Assembly (NCBI RefSeq): GCF_001194135.2
Contig: NC_068999.1
Span: forward strand, 23,870,979 to 23,907,341
DNA from: Octopus bimaculoides
Taxonomy: Eukaryota
Direction of reading: 5' to 3'
DNA: 36,363 nucleotides
This document shows positions 11,411-22,945 of the stretch, in pieces. Made by a program: the position numbers and the translations under genes. The notes under the pieces were generated by a model. The model was not told where the DNA came from and did no database searches. It saw only the letters and a program-made list of their open reading frames with translations. Within the stretch, counting starts at the first letter, position 1, and every line of letters starts with the position of its first letter.

Positions 11411-11432
11411 ACGCAGCTGCAGTTCCTGGTTT
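11386..11432 (+). promoter_or_regulatory. Candidate programmed -1 ribosomal frameshift signal (G GGA AAC plus downstream stem)
   Basis: Heptamer 11386-11392 is in X_XXY_YYZ register for gag (TTG GGA AAC) and shifts into the protease frame (GGG AAA CGA). About 7 nt later: CCAG..GAAC-GCAGCTGC-A-GTTC-CTGG. Confidence 0.7.
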
Positions 11433-14333
11433 ACATCTGCAAAGTCGCCTGTTTTTCATAAATGACCGCCTCACAGGCAAGCGTTTCCTGGTCGATACCA
11501 GTGCAGAAGTTAGCATCCTTCCTGTTTCTTATGTTACTGGAAAGCGAATTGCAACATCCATCTGTCTTCAAGCTGTCAACCAATCATCGATCCCTACTTA
11601 CGGCGAGCAGTCTCTCACACTAGATTTAGGTCTATGTCCCACTTTCCAGTGGGTAGTCATAGTAGCTAAGCGACCAACCCCTATTCTCAGAGCCGATTTC
11701 CTTCACCATTTCGGCCTACTTGTAGACCTCAAATGACGGAGACTTGTAGACAGCATTACGAAACTTACTGTGCATGTTATTACCGCTAGTATAGCCACAG
11801 TGAGCCCTACAATCCTACAGACAACATCCACACGTCACAGCAATATCCTCCAGGAATACCCTGATGTTGCCCGATCTGTATTTCACAACCAGCCGATCAA
11901 ACATGAGGTCACTCACCACATTACGACCCGCGGTCCACCCGTCGCTGCACACCCTCGCCGACTTGCACCAAATCGCCTCAAGGCAGTAAAACGCGAATTC
12001 GAACACATGCTAGACCTTGGCATCATCCATCCATCTAGCAGTAACTGGTCGTCTCCAATACATTGTGTGCCCAAGAAAGGTTCCAACAACTGGCGCATCT
12101 GTGGGGATTACAGAGCATTGAATTACCTACATGGTTCCAGACTCCTATCCAGTCCCCCAACTGTATGATTTTTCAAGCTCATTACATGGAGCTAGCATTT
12201 TTTCAAAAATTGACCTGGTTAGGGCATACAATCAGATCCCAGTGGAACCTGCCAATGTACCAAAAACAACAGTCATGACTCCTTTTGGACTGTTTGAATT
12301 TCTGTGTATGCCATTCGGCTTACGCAACGCGGCACAAACTTTCCAAAAATTCATCGACACAGTGACCAGAGGCCTACCTTTTGTTTATGCATACATAGAT
12401 GACCTTCTTGTAGCCAGTAGCTCCCATGAAGAACATATACAACACCTCCATCACTTGTTCCAACGCCTTAGACAATATGGCAATGTCATTAACCCTGGCA
12501 AATGTTTGTTCGGAGTCACGCCCCTTGAATTTCTCGGACACACAGTTGACAAAGATGGCATTCGCCCCCTACAGGAGAAAGTGAAAGCTATCACAGATTT
12601 TTCAGCACCCACATCTCTGCGGAAGTTACGAGAATTTCTTAGTCTCATTAATTTTTATAGGCATTTCATCCCACGCTGCTCTGACATAGCACAACACCTT
12701 ACAGATTTTCAGCAAGACCAGTCGACCAAAAATGCCAACATTACCCTCAGCGATGAACAGTTAGCAGCATTCAACAACTTAAAAAAAGCATTGTCTGATG
12801 CCACTATGTTGGCGTATCCAAAACCGGACGCTCCTTTAACTTTGTTAGTCGATGCATCTGCTTCCGGAGTTGGAGGCGTACTCCAACAGCTCACTCATGG
12901 ATCTTGGCAACATATATCTTTTTTTTCTAAGTAGTTAAAACTCACCGAAACAAAGTATAGCACTTTCGGACGTGAGTTACTCGCAGTCTATCTAACTGTC
13001 AAACACTTTAGACATATGTTAGAAGGTCGTGTATTTTCAGTGTATACTGACCACAAACCACCTGTGTATGCATTACATGCAAAACCTGATTGCCATTCAC
13101 CCAAAGAAGTCAGGCATTTAGACTTCATATCGCAATATACCACTGACATCAGACACATAAGCGGTATAAACTCAGCAGCCAATGCCCTGTCCCGAATGGA
13201 GATAAATGCCATTCACAGCCCTGCTCAGATCGACCTCCAACAGATTGCTGCAGACCAAAAGGATGATGAACAGCTACAACAGCTGCAGAATTCGTCATCC
13301 TTGAAATTCCAACAATCTCCACTACCCTCTTCTGTTGAACATATTTGGTGCGATGTATCCACCGGCCACGAACGACCCTACGTCCCTCCAAAGTACAGAC
13401 GTGACATTTTCTCCGCTCTGCATTCACTAGCACATCCCGGCGTCCGTGCTACACAAAAACTCATATCGACCCGTTTTGTGTGGGCCCAACATGAATAAGG
13501 ACACCCGTGAGTGGGCTAGGAACTGTCTCACTTGTCAGAAGGCAAAGGTTCACAGACACATAAAATTGCCCATAGGCTCGTTTACCACGCCTGATGCATG
13601 TTTCCAGCATGTACACACGGACATCGTCGGACCGCTACCACCTTCCAACAACTATACTTACTTGCTCACCTGTGTGAACAGATTTTCCTGCTGGCCAGAA
13701 GCCTTCCCTCTATGAGACATCTCTGCAGAAACGGTCGCCAAAACGCTAGTGTTTCACTGGGTTTCGCGTTTTGGTACACCCGCTATTATCACCACCGATA
13801 GAGGTCGTCAATTTGATTCCCACCTTTTCGCCAAACTGACCCGTCTCCTTGGGTGTAAACACACCTGCACAACAGCATATCATCCTGCAGCCAACAAGAC
13901 TGGTTGAAAGACTCCACAGGCAAATCAAATCTGCCATTAAAACATACCCTGACCTGTCAAAATGGTTGGAATACCTCCCCCTCATCCTTCTAGGCATACG
14001 ATCTACTGTCAAGGAAGGAGTGGGACATAGTCCGGCTGAACTAGTGTACGGCACGGAACTTGCCCTACCAGGACAGATGATAGATCCCATTTTACCTCAA
14101 AAACTTCCGGATCCAACCAACTATATCCACCATCTGCAGACATCTATGTCCCGATTTTCTCCTGCCGCACCTAGACAACAAAACACTACTACACACGTCC
14201 CGAAGGACATCAACAGTTGGACTCATGTTTTCATCAGAAATGATGGAATCTCAGCACAACTTCGACCCCTACAAAGTACTTGACAGATAACCGAAATATT
14301 TCGTCCTCGAAATGGCCGGAAAATGAAACACAG
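11386..14333 (+). pseudogene. pol (PR-RT-RH-IN) with several frameshifts and stops
   Basis: ORF-track segments 11311-11736, 11770-12168, 12131-12934, 13016-13498, 13446-13715, 13598-13801 and 13849-14283 are collinear pol pieces. Confidence 0.9.
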
Positions 14334-14835
14334 NNNNNNNNNNNNNNNNNNNNNNNNNNNNNNNNNNNNNNNNNNNNNNNNNNNNNNNNNNNNNNNNNNN
14401 NNNNNNNNNNNNNNNNNNNNNNNNNNNNNNNNNNNNNNNNNNNNNNNNNNNNNNNNNNNNNNNNNNNNNNNNNNNNNNNNNNNNNNNNNNNNNNNNNNNN
14501 NNNNNNNNNNNNNNNNNNNNNNNNNNNNNNNNNNNNNNNNNNNNNNNNNNNNNNNNNNNNNNNNNNNNNNNNNNNNNNNNNNNNNNNNNNNNNNNNNNNN
14601 NNNNNNNNNNNNNNNNNNNNNNNNNNNNNNNNNNNNNNNNNNNNNNNNNNNNNNNNNNNNNNNNNNNNNNNNNNNNNNNNNNNNNNNNNNNNNNNNNNNN
14701 NNNNNNNNNNNNNNNNNNNNNNNNNNNNNNNNNNNNNNNNNNNNNNNNNNNNNNNNNNNNNNNNNNNNNNNNNNNNNNNNNNNNNNNNNNNNNNNNNNNN
14801 NNNNNNNNNNNNNNNNNNNNNNNNNNNNNNNNNNN
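14334..14835. other. Assembly gap (N run); others at 5295-5393, 21559-21609 and 23355-24033
   Basis: Directly visible. Confidence 1.
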
Positions 14836-15340
14836 TCTGTAATTTCAACCAATCACTGACGTCTATTCAGCTGAATAGAGTTACTGCTGGCCGGTCATAA
14901 AAATGTTATTCCCTGTGACATATTTCATCCGGTTTAATCGTAATTTATACACATATATTGTTTATATAATAAATTACGCTGTGCGTATCTATGTGTGTAA
15001 CAATTTTAGAGTTCGGATTCTAGAGTTAGGGTTAGTTTTAGGGTTAGGGTTAGGGTTAGGGTTAACAGTCTAGTTAGGGTTAGGGTTAGGGGATTAATAC
15101 GATATACACCGTTACAGCGCTAACTGTTTTCAACTGAATAGACGTCAGTGATTAGTAGAAATTATCGAAATAAGACCATTTTTTACATGAAATAAATTTG
15201 AATACAACATTTTTTTTCTGTTCTATAACACAAAATAGATAAGTAAGCGAAGTTTGAAAATCTTTCGGTACCAAAAACACTACATAAAACATAAATGAAA
15301 ACTGGTGCCTCCGTTTTGAAATAGATCCATTATTTTTCTA
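14836..15340. mobile_element. Palindromic non-autonomous element (MITE-like) with a TTAGGG-rich centre; left end in the gap
   Basis: Inverted repeat 14841-14875 / 15129-15163 (32/35 match) around about 9 TTAGGG hexamers at ~15026-15091. Confidence 0.6.
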
Positions 15341-15683
15341 CTTTGCACCAATGAACATTGCAAAATACTGTTGATATTTTTGTGATTTTCATAATTGCCA
15401 TGTAAAATTTTTACTTTTTCTTACTGGTTGGTACGTGTTGTGAGGACATCGAGACATAGTGATTAAGGACACAAACTAATTCAAATTATCGTTTGAAATT
15501 TTTTTTCTCTCAAATTTCTCTCTAGGAAGAGGGTCATGTAATGGACACATTATAGCCTTAGATTGAGTTAGTTAAGATTTCATCATAGCTAAAAAATAGA
15601 TTGACAGCGCCCTAAGTGAAAACCTTAAATTGGCGCCCTTTTTGTAAATCAGCAGCAGAATTTCACCATAGCTAAAAATAGAT

Positions 15684-15993
15684 TGTCTACCTCGCTGCTG
15701 ACTATAAATACAGAACAGGGAACAGTAGATGGGCAGTCTGACTCGAATGTACGAACAGCAGTTTTAACTGATATCAACTCAGCTGAGATATGCAACAACC
15801 CAGAACAGCGGTTTTCACTGCCATCAGCCGAGCTGAACCAAATACATGCTTTCTCCGCATATAACTCGTAGCTAGTTATACACGTTTGTAATGTAGTGAT
15901 ATGTTTCGATGTCCGCTCAAATAAATGAAGTTATACTCTGATTACCGAGTCTCTGCAGTTTATTCAAACCCAACAGACCAACTCACTACGACA
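15684..15993 (+). mobile_element. Possible solo LTR
   Basis: TGTC...GACA ends, AATAAA at 15920-25, flanks AGAT/GGAT (imperfect 4-bp TSD). The TATA-like site lies unusually close to the start. Confidence 0.35.
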
Positions 15994-16089
15994 GGATACA
16001 TATTCACAAAGCACTTGTACCATTGCCACACAAAAGCTTTTGTGCTGCTGGTATATCAAAAGCACCCAGCACACATTGTAAAGCGGTTG

Positions 16090-16222
16090 ATGTTAGGAAA
16101 GGCATGCAGCTGCAAAAACCAAGCCAAATCAGACTGGAGTGTAGCTCTCTGGCTGCCAGCTCCAGTTAAACCATCCAACCCATGCCAACATGAAAAACAG
16201 ACATTAATGATGATGATGATGA
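16090..16222 (+). mobile_element. RTE-type tail fragment
   Basis: AGGAAAGGCATGCAGCTG module followed by CCAACCCATGCCAACATG and (GAT)n. Confidence 0.7.
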
Positions 16223-16594
16223 TAACAAACGTATATACATGCACATACATATCCACATACATAGTTGTAACTACACAGAAAAATACAAACGCACACAAGT
16301 TCATACTTGTATACAGCTATGTATACACTGAAAATGAAGAACTTCACCAACAGGTATGACTAACAAAATATACAAACAAGGACTAAATTAAACTAGGTTG
16401 TTTATCTAAATATAAATATGTTTTTACAAACACCATGAATGTACTTTCAGAAGCCATCACATAACTTATATCTGGTTTGATCTGTATATGGGGAATTATT
16501 GAGTTTCAAACTTGATATTTGCTTGGCAGTGGTGCAATCAAACTAGTTGATGACATAGAATTAAGCTTTTGAACCAGTTATGGGCATGCTGTTG

Positions 16595-16880
16595 GATCAT
16601 CGTCATCATCATCATCATCATCATCATCATGGGTGCTTTTTACATGGCATCAGCACCCACAAGACGAAGATTGCTCAGCTGAAGAGGGATGCAGGAGACA
16701 TGCCTACATGCAAGGACAATCGTGATTTCACTTAGCATGATGTATCTTCTCAAGCACAGCAAACCACCAGGATTCTCAGTTCCTTATCATCCTCTTTTTG
16801 TAACCCAACGTCTGAAGATCCTTTCTCACCACTTTGTCCCATATCTTTCTGGGTCTACCCCTTTCACATGTTCCCTCCAC
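16595..16880 (-). mobile_element. RTE LINE 3' coding fragment, second subfamily
   Basis: - strand VEGTCERGRPRKIWDKVVRKDLQTLG...AVLEKIHHAK*, a short UTR and a (GAT)n tail. Confidence 0.75.
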
Positions 16881-16963
16881 AATATATATGCGTGTGTGAA
16901 TGTATACATAAGCAAAATAGCTAGTTATAAAATCTCAAGAAGAGATAGAGTAGTAACATATAC

Positions 16964-17486
16964 TAAACAGTAAAGCTAGTAGCCACATCAAAGTTGCAGA
17001 TGACTGTTACTACTAGTTTAACCCCAGGTGGACTCTCCGCCAGCTGGTTTTTGGTGCAAGCTCTACACCCTTTATGTACAATACATCGCTAGCAGGGGAA
17101 GCGAACCTCTACTACACTCCAACAGCTGACAGGATCATGGGACTGGCCAGTTTCAAGCTATTTGGCTCACGTCAACTGCGTGCACCTGCGTGCACCTGCA
17201 CAGTGGAGTGATAGCTGACATCTGTTTCTGTCAGCGATATATTGTAAACAAAGTGACCAACGGTCACTTATTTGCAACAAGCAAAATAGCCAGTTATAAA
17301 ACCAGCCAGTTCTGTGATTCTGTCAGCTGTTGGAGGGTAGGAGGCATTTTCTCCCCCTGCTAGCAATGTATTGTACATAAAGGGTACAGAGCTTGCACTG
17401 AAAACCAGGTGGCAGAGAATCTGCCTGGGGTTAAACTTGTAGTGACATTCATCTGCCACTTTGATGTGGCTACTTGCTTTACTGTT

Positions 17487-17488
<2 letters not shown>
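16964..17488. mobile_element. Long-TIR MITE (~525 bp, arms ~210-220 bp)
   Basis: Left TAAACAGTAAAGCTAGTAGCCACATCAAAGTTGCAGATGA versus right reverse complement TAAACAGTAAAGCAAGTAGCCACATCAAAGTGGCAGATGA. Arms pair inward to about 17186/17281; TA-rich flanks. Confidence 0.85.
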
Positions 17489-17517
<29 letters not shown>

Positions 17518-17518
<1 letters not shown>

Positions 17519-17700
17519 TCATCATCATCATTGTCATCATTTAATGTCTTCTGTGCTGGCATGAGTTGGTGCAACATAATCAGATGAAATGGAGGACTGC
17601 ATTGTGCTCTAATGTCTGTTTGACATGGTTTCTACAGCCAAATACCCTTCCTAGTGCCAACCACTTTACAGAGTGTACCAGGCGCTTTTTTCATGGTAGC
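17518..17700 (-). mobile_element. RTE/SINE-type tail fragment
   Basis: (CAT)n then TTTCTACAGCCAAATACCCTTCCTAGTGCCAACCAC, the reverse complement of the shared module. Confidence 0.65.
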
Positions 17701-18344
17701 TGCACTTGTGAGATGGCAAAATAACACAAAAGAAAAGAAAATCCTCCTGAATTAAATGAATGTCAAAAAGAGGGAAATGGCTTTGTGCCAAGTATTGGCA
17801 TAGGTATCGAGAGACTAAAGTATAATAGAGGAAGAAGAACAAGTGACTTACTGTAGAGGAGGTACACGGCTATCCTACACTATGTAATAGTAAATGGGAG
17901 TAGATGGAAAGAGAGATTGATGCTGGTGATTAGATGACAAGGAATACTCTCAAGGTAAAAGAATGTGAGCTGATGAGAGAATACAGAGGACATAGAAAGG
18001 TCAGTGTAGTGTGTAAATTCACAAGGATGTGTGATGAGTACAACAGATTCTTAGAGATAGGGGTATAGGTAAATGTAGTGAACAAGTGTAGAGGCATGGT
18101 TGATGGTAAATATGAGTATTGGAGTGGAAGATGAAAGAAATGGGAGTGGCTCAAGAAGGAGGTAGTAGAACAGTAGTATAAAAGTGTAGATGAAAAATAG
18201 AGAACTGATATGTGGAATGGGTGGGTATACATACATACATACACACACACATACATGTGTGTATGTCTGTGTTTGTGTGTATGTTTGTGCATACCATTTT
18301 CTAGACATGTGATGGTTGTAAAATAGCATTGTTGTCAAACAAGT

Positions 18345-18560
18345 GAGGTTGTTCAGTTCCAGGTTTCCATGTATATTACCTTACCTGGAAATAAGTGAAG
18401 GTTAACAACAGGAAGGGCATCCAGCAGGAAAAAAGCTACTTCAACAAATTCTGTCTGGCTCATGTAAGCATGTAGGCCCCTCTCAAAATTCTTTGTCTTG
18501 TGAATTATTTGGTGACCCTGCCAGTGCTGGTGCCACATGAAAAGCATCCAGCTGTAAAAA
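18345..18560 (+). mobile_element. Degenerate SINE/RTE-related fragment
   Basis: Contains ACAGGAAGGGCATCCAGC and AAAAGCATCCAGCTGTAAAAA. Confidence 0.55.
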
Positions 18561-18574
18561 TCATGCTAAAACTA

Positions 18575-20580
18575 ACCTCGCCTGTTACAATGGAATTGTA
18601 TGACCTAGGATATTCAACAAAGAATACCCAACTCCATCGGAGAAGATGATCAACCTGGTTAGGTGAACAAGACGAAAGGACTTTTTCTTTGACCATCCGA
18701 AATCACCTCTCTATGGAGATTGAACCCTTTGGGTTGAAATCCAGGAAGTTCCCACCTAAGATCAAGGAACTGGAGACCTTTGAGAATGACCTGTAGGACA
18801 TTATACCCCACCTGAAATTCTACAAGTCCTCAAATGCTTTCTAACATAAATTTAGAGCAGACATCCACAGACTTAGATCTTCTGATAGGACCCTTCTATT
18901 CTGCATTGAGACTAAAAATCTATATAGAGTAAGTAACAACACATATGCACAGCTACTTAATAACAGAATTACACAAACAGATGGGAGGGCTGCCCCTCAG
19001 GCTTATGACAGCATTAACTATGAGGCCAAAAATATAGTGGTTAAATTAGGTCTAGAGACATTTGTGAAGAAAGAAGCCTTTATTACAATCAAGGATCATA
19101 AAGTTAACTTTACCTCTAACCCTAAGTGCAGGCTGATAAACCATGTGAAGTCTGAGATCAGACAAGTGAGCAAATAGCTCATCAGGAAGATCAATAACAG
19201 TGTTAGAAGTGCTTCTAGCCTCACCCTATGGCATAACACCAGCAAGGTCATAACATGGTGTAAAACCAATAGCAGAAGGGGTAGAGCTAGGTTTACCTAA
19301 TTCAGTATAGTAGAGTTTTACCCATCTATATCGAGGGAACTCCTTTTTAATGCACTGGACTTCACTAGGCCCTACACTGAAGTTAGTGATGAGGACATAC
19401 ACATTGTCATATCCGTCAGAAGAACCCTACTCTTCAGTAAGGGGTAGGCCTGAGCCAAAAAAACTGACCCAGAAGACTCCTTCAACATGGCAATGGGGAC
19501 TTTCAACAGTACTGACGTGTGTGACCTCATTGGCTTCTTCATCCTAGATTTACTCAGAAAGAAGTTCTTTCCCTAGCTTTGGCCTCTCCAGGGATGACAT
19601 GCTGGAAATGTCAAGAGGGGCAAATGGCCATATTCTAGATAAGCTTAGAAAGGACCTCACCAGCACTGAATTCTTTGGACTGAAAATCCCAATAGAAACC
19701 AACCTGAAAATGGTGGATTGGTACCTATAGACACTTTAGGAAGTCAAATAAGAATTTACCATATATTAACACAGGTTCCTGTCATCCAGCCATAGGTTTC
19801 AAGAACCTGGTTAAGGGTGTCAGCAGAAGAATCTCCAATCTAGCTTCAAGCAAAGAGATTTTTGATGCTGCCACTCTGCACTATAACGAGGCTCTGGCCA
19901 CCAGCGGTTTCAAGAACAGAATTATTTACATGCCAGATCCTAACCCCTCCAAGAGAAAGCACCACTTCTCTTTAAGTGCTAAAATCCAAGTAGGTAAGGT
20001 TTTCTGCAGCTTAGTAGACAAACACTTCCCCTAACTAACTAGGTTCAGTAAAATATTTAATAGGCGCACCCTGAGAATTTCCTTTAGTTGTGCACCTAAT
20101 GTAAAAAAGATTTTAGTTGATAAGCCCACACCTGAGATAGAGGCAGGAGGCTCATGTAGGGGTAACACAACATGTCCACTGAACAGCCACTGTAATATGG
20201 AGACTGTCATATATGAGGCAGAGGTAACAGCAATAACATCAACTGTGCAACCAAACATGCAAATGTACATGGGAGCAACTGAAGGTCCCTTCAGAACCTG
20301 CTATAACAACCACAAGTCCTCCTTCAACATCCCAGAGAGATGTGATACCACAACTCTGGCCAAGCATGTATGGTCATTGAAAGGAAGCACCACTAAGTAC
20401 AGTATAAAATGGAGGATTTTAGAGAAATTTAAAATGTACTTTAATAGCAGCAGGAGGTGCAGATTATGCCTGGTTGAGAAAAGAGTGATATTAAAGAGCT
20501 CCCAACACCCAAGCATCTGCCTGAACAGCAGAAATGAAATTTTTAATCCTTGACCACATGGAAAGAATACATCCTATTAT
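18575..20580 (+). mobile_element. Decayed Penelope-like element (RT + C-terminal GIY-YIG endonuclease)
   Basis: Fragments GYSTKNIP, FGLKSRKFPP, AFITIKDHKVNFTSNPKCRLIN, IVEFYPSIS, DVCDLIGFFILD. Endonuclease CRGNTTCPLNSHCNMETVIYEA...YMGATEGPF...NHKSSF...CRLCLVEK...LNSRNEI (ORF 20197-20553). Confidence 0.88.
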
Positions 20581-21310
20581 ACCTGTGTGCCCCTTTGTGA
20601 CTATAATCACCAGTTACCCAGCTTCAGCCCTCCTGCCACCAATACCTGGGAGTCTGGGAAAAAGTTCAACCAGACTTTCACAAATGCACTCACAAACACA
20701 CACACCCTAGCATGGCAGGCATCCACCCAATAGACTCCCCCCCCCAACATAAGCCCCCACACATATTGCACCCCTACACACACTGCATGCATACATAAAT
20801 GCCCCAAGAATTTTACCAAAACATAAAAGAAAGAGAACAAACTAACGAACACAAATGTGTATGCCCCCACCCAAAGGCTATACGTACAGTATCACTACAT
20901 ACATTCCATTTCTACAAGAACACCAACCTTAAAGATACATACATTTCCCATAAACTCCTCTCCAGAAAACTCTCACTGGCTTGCAACACCTCCAGAGATG
21001 GTGTTTGTGGTACCAAGGGACATAAACTCTCAACCTAACCCCTGTTCAGTTCGTTTCATCATCTTTTTCACAGCAACTACAAATTGGATGTGTCTGTTCA
21101 CCTCCAACAATAGAGAGCAGTTGCCATATTTCATTCTATAATGACTACCTTTAAAGAGCACAGAGTTACATAATTGGCCTGTTACTAAACACTCCTTTGA
21201 ACCTGTAGTGCAAAACTGATTGGTAAGATCAGGCATAATGGATATATAATATTGCACACTTCAATATATTATATATATACATATATTAATATTAAATATA
21301 TATTGATATA

Positions 21311-21342
<32 letters not shown>

Positions 21343-21355
21343 CACACACACATAT

Positions 21356-21518
21356 AGGCGCAGGATTGGCAGTATGGTAAGACCCTTGCTTCTCAACCAC
21401 ATGGTTCCAGGTTCATACGCACTGCATGGCACCTTGGGCAAGTATCTTCTACTATAGCCTTGGGCCAACGAAAGCCTTGTGAGTGGATTCAGTAGATGGA
21501 ACCTGAATGAAGCCTGTC

Positions 21519-21558
<40 letters not shown>

Positions 21559-21790
21559 NNNNNNNNNNNNNNNNNNNNNNNNNNNNNNNNNNNNNNNNNN
21601 NNNNNNNNNCCAGCATTGCTTGACAACCGATGTTGTTGTGTTTACGTCCCTGTAACTTAGCAGTTCTGAAAAAGAAACTGACAGAATAAGTACTAGGCTT
21701 ACAAAGAATAAGTCCTGGGGTCAATTTGTTTGACTAAAGGCAGTGCTACAGCATGGCTGCATTCATATGACTGAAACAAGTAAAAGAATA
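21356..21790 (+). mobile_element. tRNA-derived SINE (same family as 5123-5613)
   Basis: Shares CAACCACATGGTTC, TTGGGCAAG, AAAGCCTTGTGAGTGGATT, the central (TA)n plus gap, and the ACTGAAACAAGTAAAAGA tail. Confidence 0.85.
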
Positions 21791-21853
21791 TATCAATATA
21801 TTATACATATGCATTTATCAACATTGTATATATATATATATATATTAATATAA

Positions 21854-22064
21854 CAAATAGGATGAATGCTGCCGTTGATTAGCTCCAAGAGGCCATCGCC
21901 TCTAGCTAGCTAAGTGACACATGAACCTGTGTCCATTATAACCTTCGAACAGGGGAGATCAGCTGCTGTTCAAAGGTTATAATGGACACAGGTTCGTGTG
22001 TCACATAGCTAGCTAGAGGCGATGGCCTCTTGGAGCTAATCAATGGCAGCATTCGTCCTATTTG
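21854..22064. repeat. Near-perfect inverted repeat: 99-bp arms, 13-nt loop
   Basis: 21854-21952 versus the reverse complement of 21966-22064 differ at 5 positions. Confidence 0.95.
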
Positions 22065-22212
22065 CCTGGACTGCCACGTTAGCTTGGCGATAACTATTAA
22101 TATCCAGTACCGCTGCCATAGTCTCCTTTAGAGAGACTTAGAAATATTAATATATATATTTTTATATATATATATATATATATATCAATATTATATAATT
22201 ATATATATATAT

Positions 22213-22261
<49 letters not shown>

Positions 22262-22280
22262 CTTCTCATTTTTCCTATTT

Positions 22281-22336
22281 GTCTCCGATGATGGAATATC
22301 CCATACTCTGGAATATCCCAGAAGCGGCTGTAAGAT
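22281..22336 (+). ncRNA. Degenerate minimal type I hammerhead ribozyme motif (Penelope-like pLTR type)
   Basis: GTCT-CCGATGA-TGGAATAT[13-nt loop]ATATCCCA-GAAG-C[GGCT]G-TA-AGAT. Stems I-III are in the correct order; two core positions deviate (CUGAUGA to CCGAUGA, GAAA to GAAG). Confidence 0.55.
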
Positions 22337-22945
22337 TTTGAATTTTTTCCAATAATAATAATGTATATGACTTGAGATGTTTGCATTGCCTTAACATTTG
22401 TTGTCCTCTTTAATAATTATATATCCACTATATCATAAATCTGCAATGGCTCCATAACTACCATCTCAGCTATAATTTTGGAGTCCTAATAATCCATTAC
22501 AGCATTTACCTGGCATACCTAATCGTTTAGATCAACTGTGAACTAAACCCCAATATTTTGTATATGTATCAATCTTATATATATTAGTGGGACCTGTGAA
22601 TATTTCAAAGAATTAATGGTAAACCTATTGGGTTATTTCTGAAAACTTTATCCAAAAAACCTGAAAGTGTAGCCTGTGTTGTGTCTGTATCAAAAGATAG
22701 TCACTCATCTGCTAATCATTGAAGGAAATTGGAATACAATGATTACTTGATGCACTTTATATACTTTATGCACAATTTTATAGACTTAATACACAGCACT
22801 CATAAAATAAATATTCTCTCTTATTTTTCCATTTTACCCATAAATACAAAAAATATCCAGTACATATGATACTACCTTTAGTTTAATTGCATATCTGCCA
22901 TGCAAATAAGCATGAATATTTCACGGAATTGCACTTATGTGCGTA

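Larger units (their letters stand above)
10542..14333 (+). mobile_element. Ty3/gypsy retrotransposon of the CsRn1 clade; no 5' LTR/PBS visible, 3' end runs into the gap
   Basis: gag IKVPPFW...WFCHIEAQF...LGDKKPSQLL; CHCC knuckle CWYHRKFGAQANRCTRPC; protease FLVDTSAEVSI; RT YAYIDD; RNase H; integrase HSLAHPG...[19 protein letters not shown]; GPY/F-like PYKVLDR*PKYF. Confidence 0.92.

Noticed and set aside
15026-15091. A true telomere or chromosome end
   Set aside because: The array is short, interrupted and internal to inverted arms.
20551-20553. TGA at the expected Cys of the PLE C-x-H motif as selenocysteine recoding (reported for some Naiad PLEs)
   Set aside because: This copy has many other stops and frameshifts and no SECIS was recognised; a single TGY to TGA mutation suffices. 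Only a family consensus with TGA would revive the idea.
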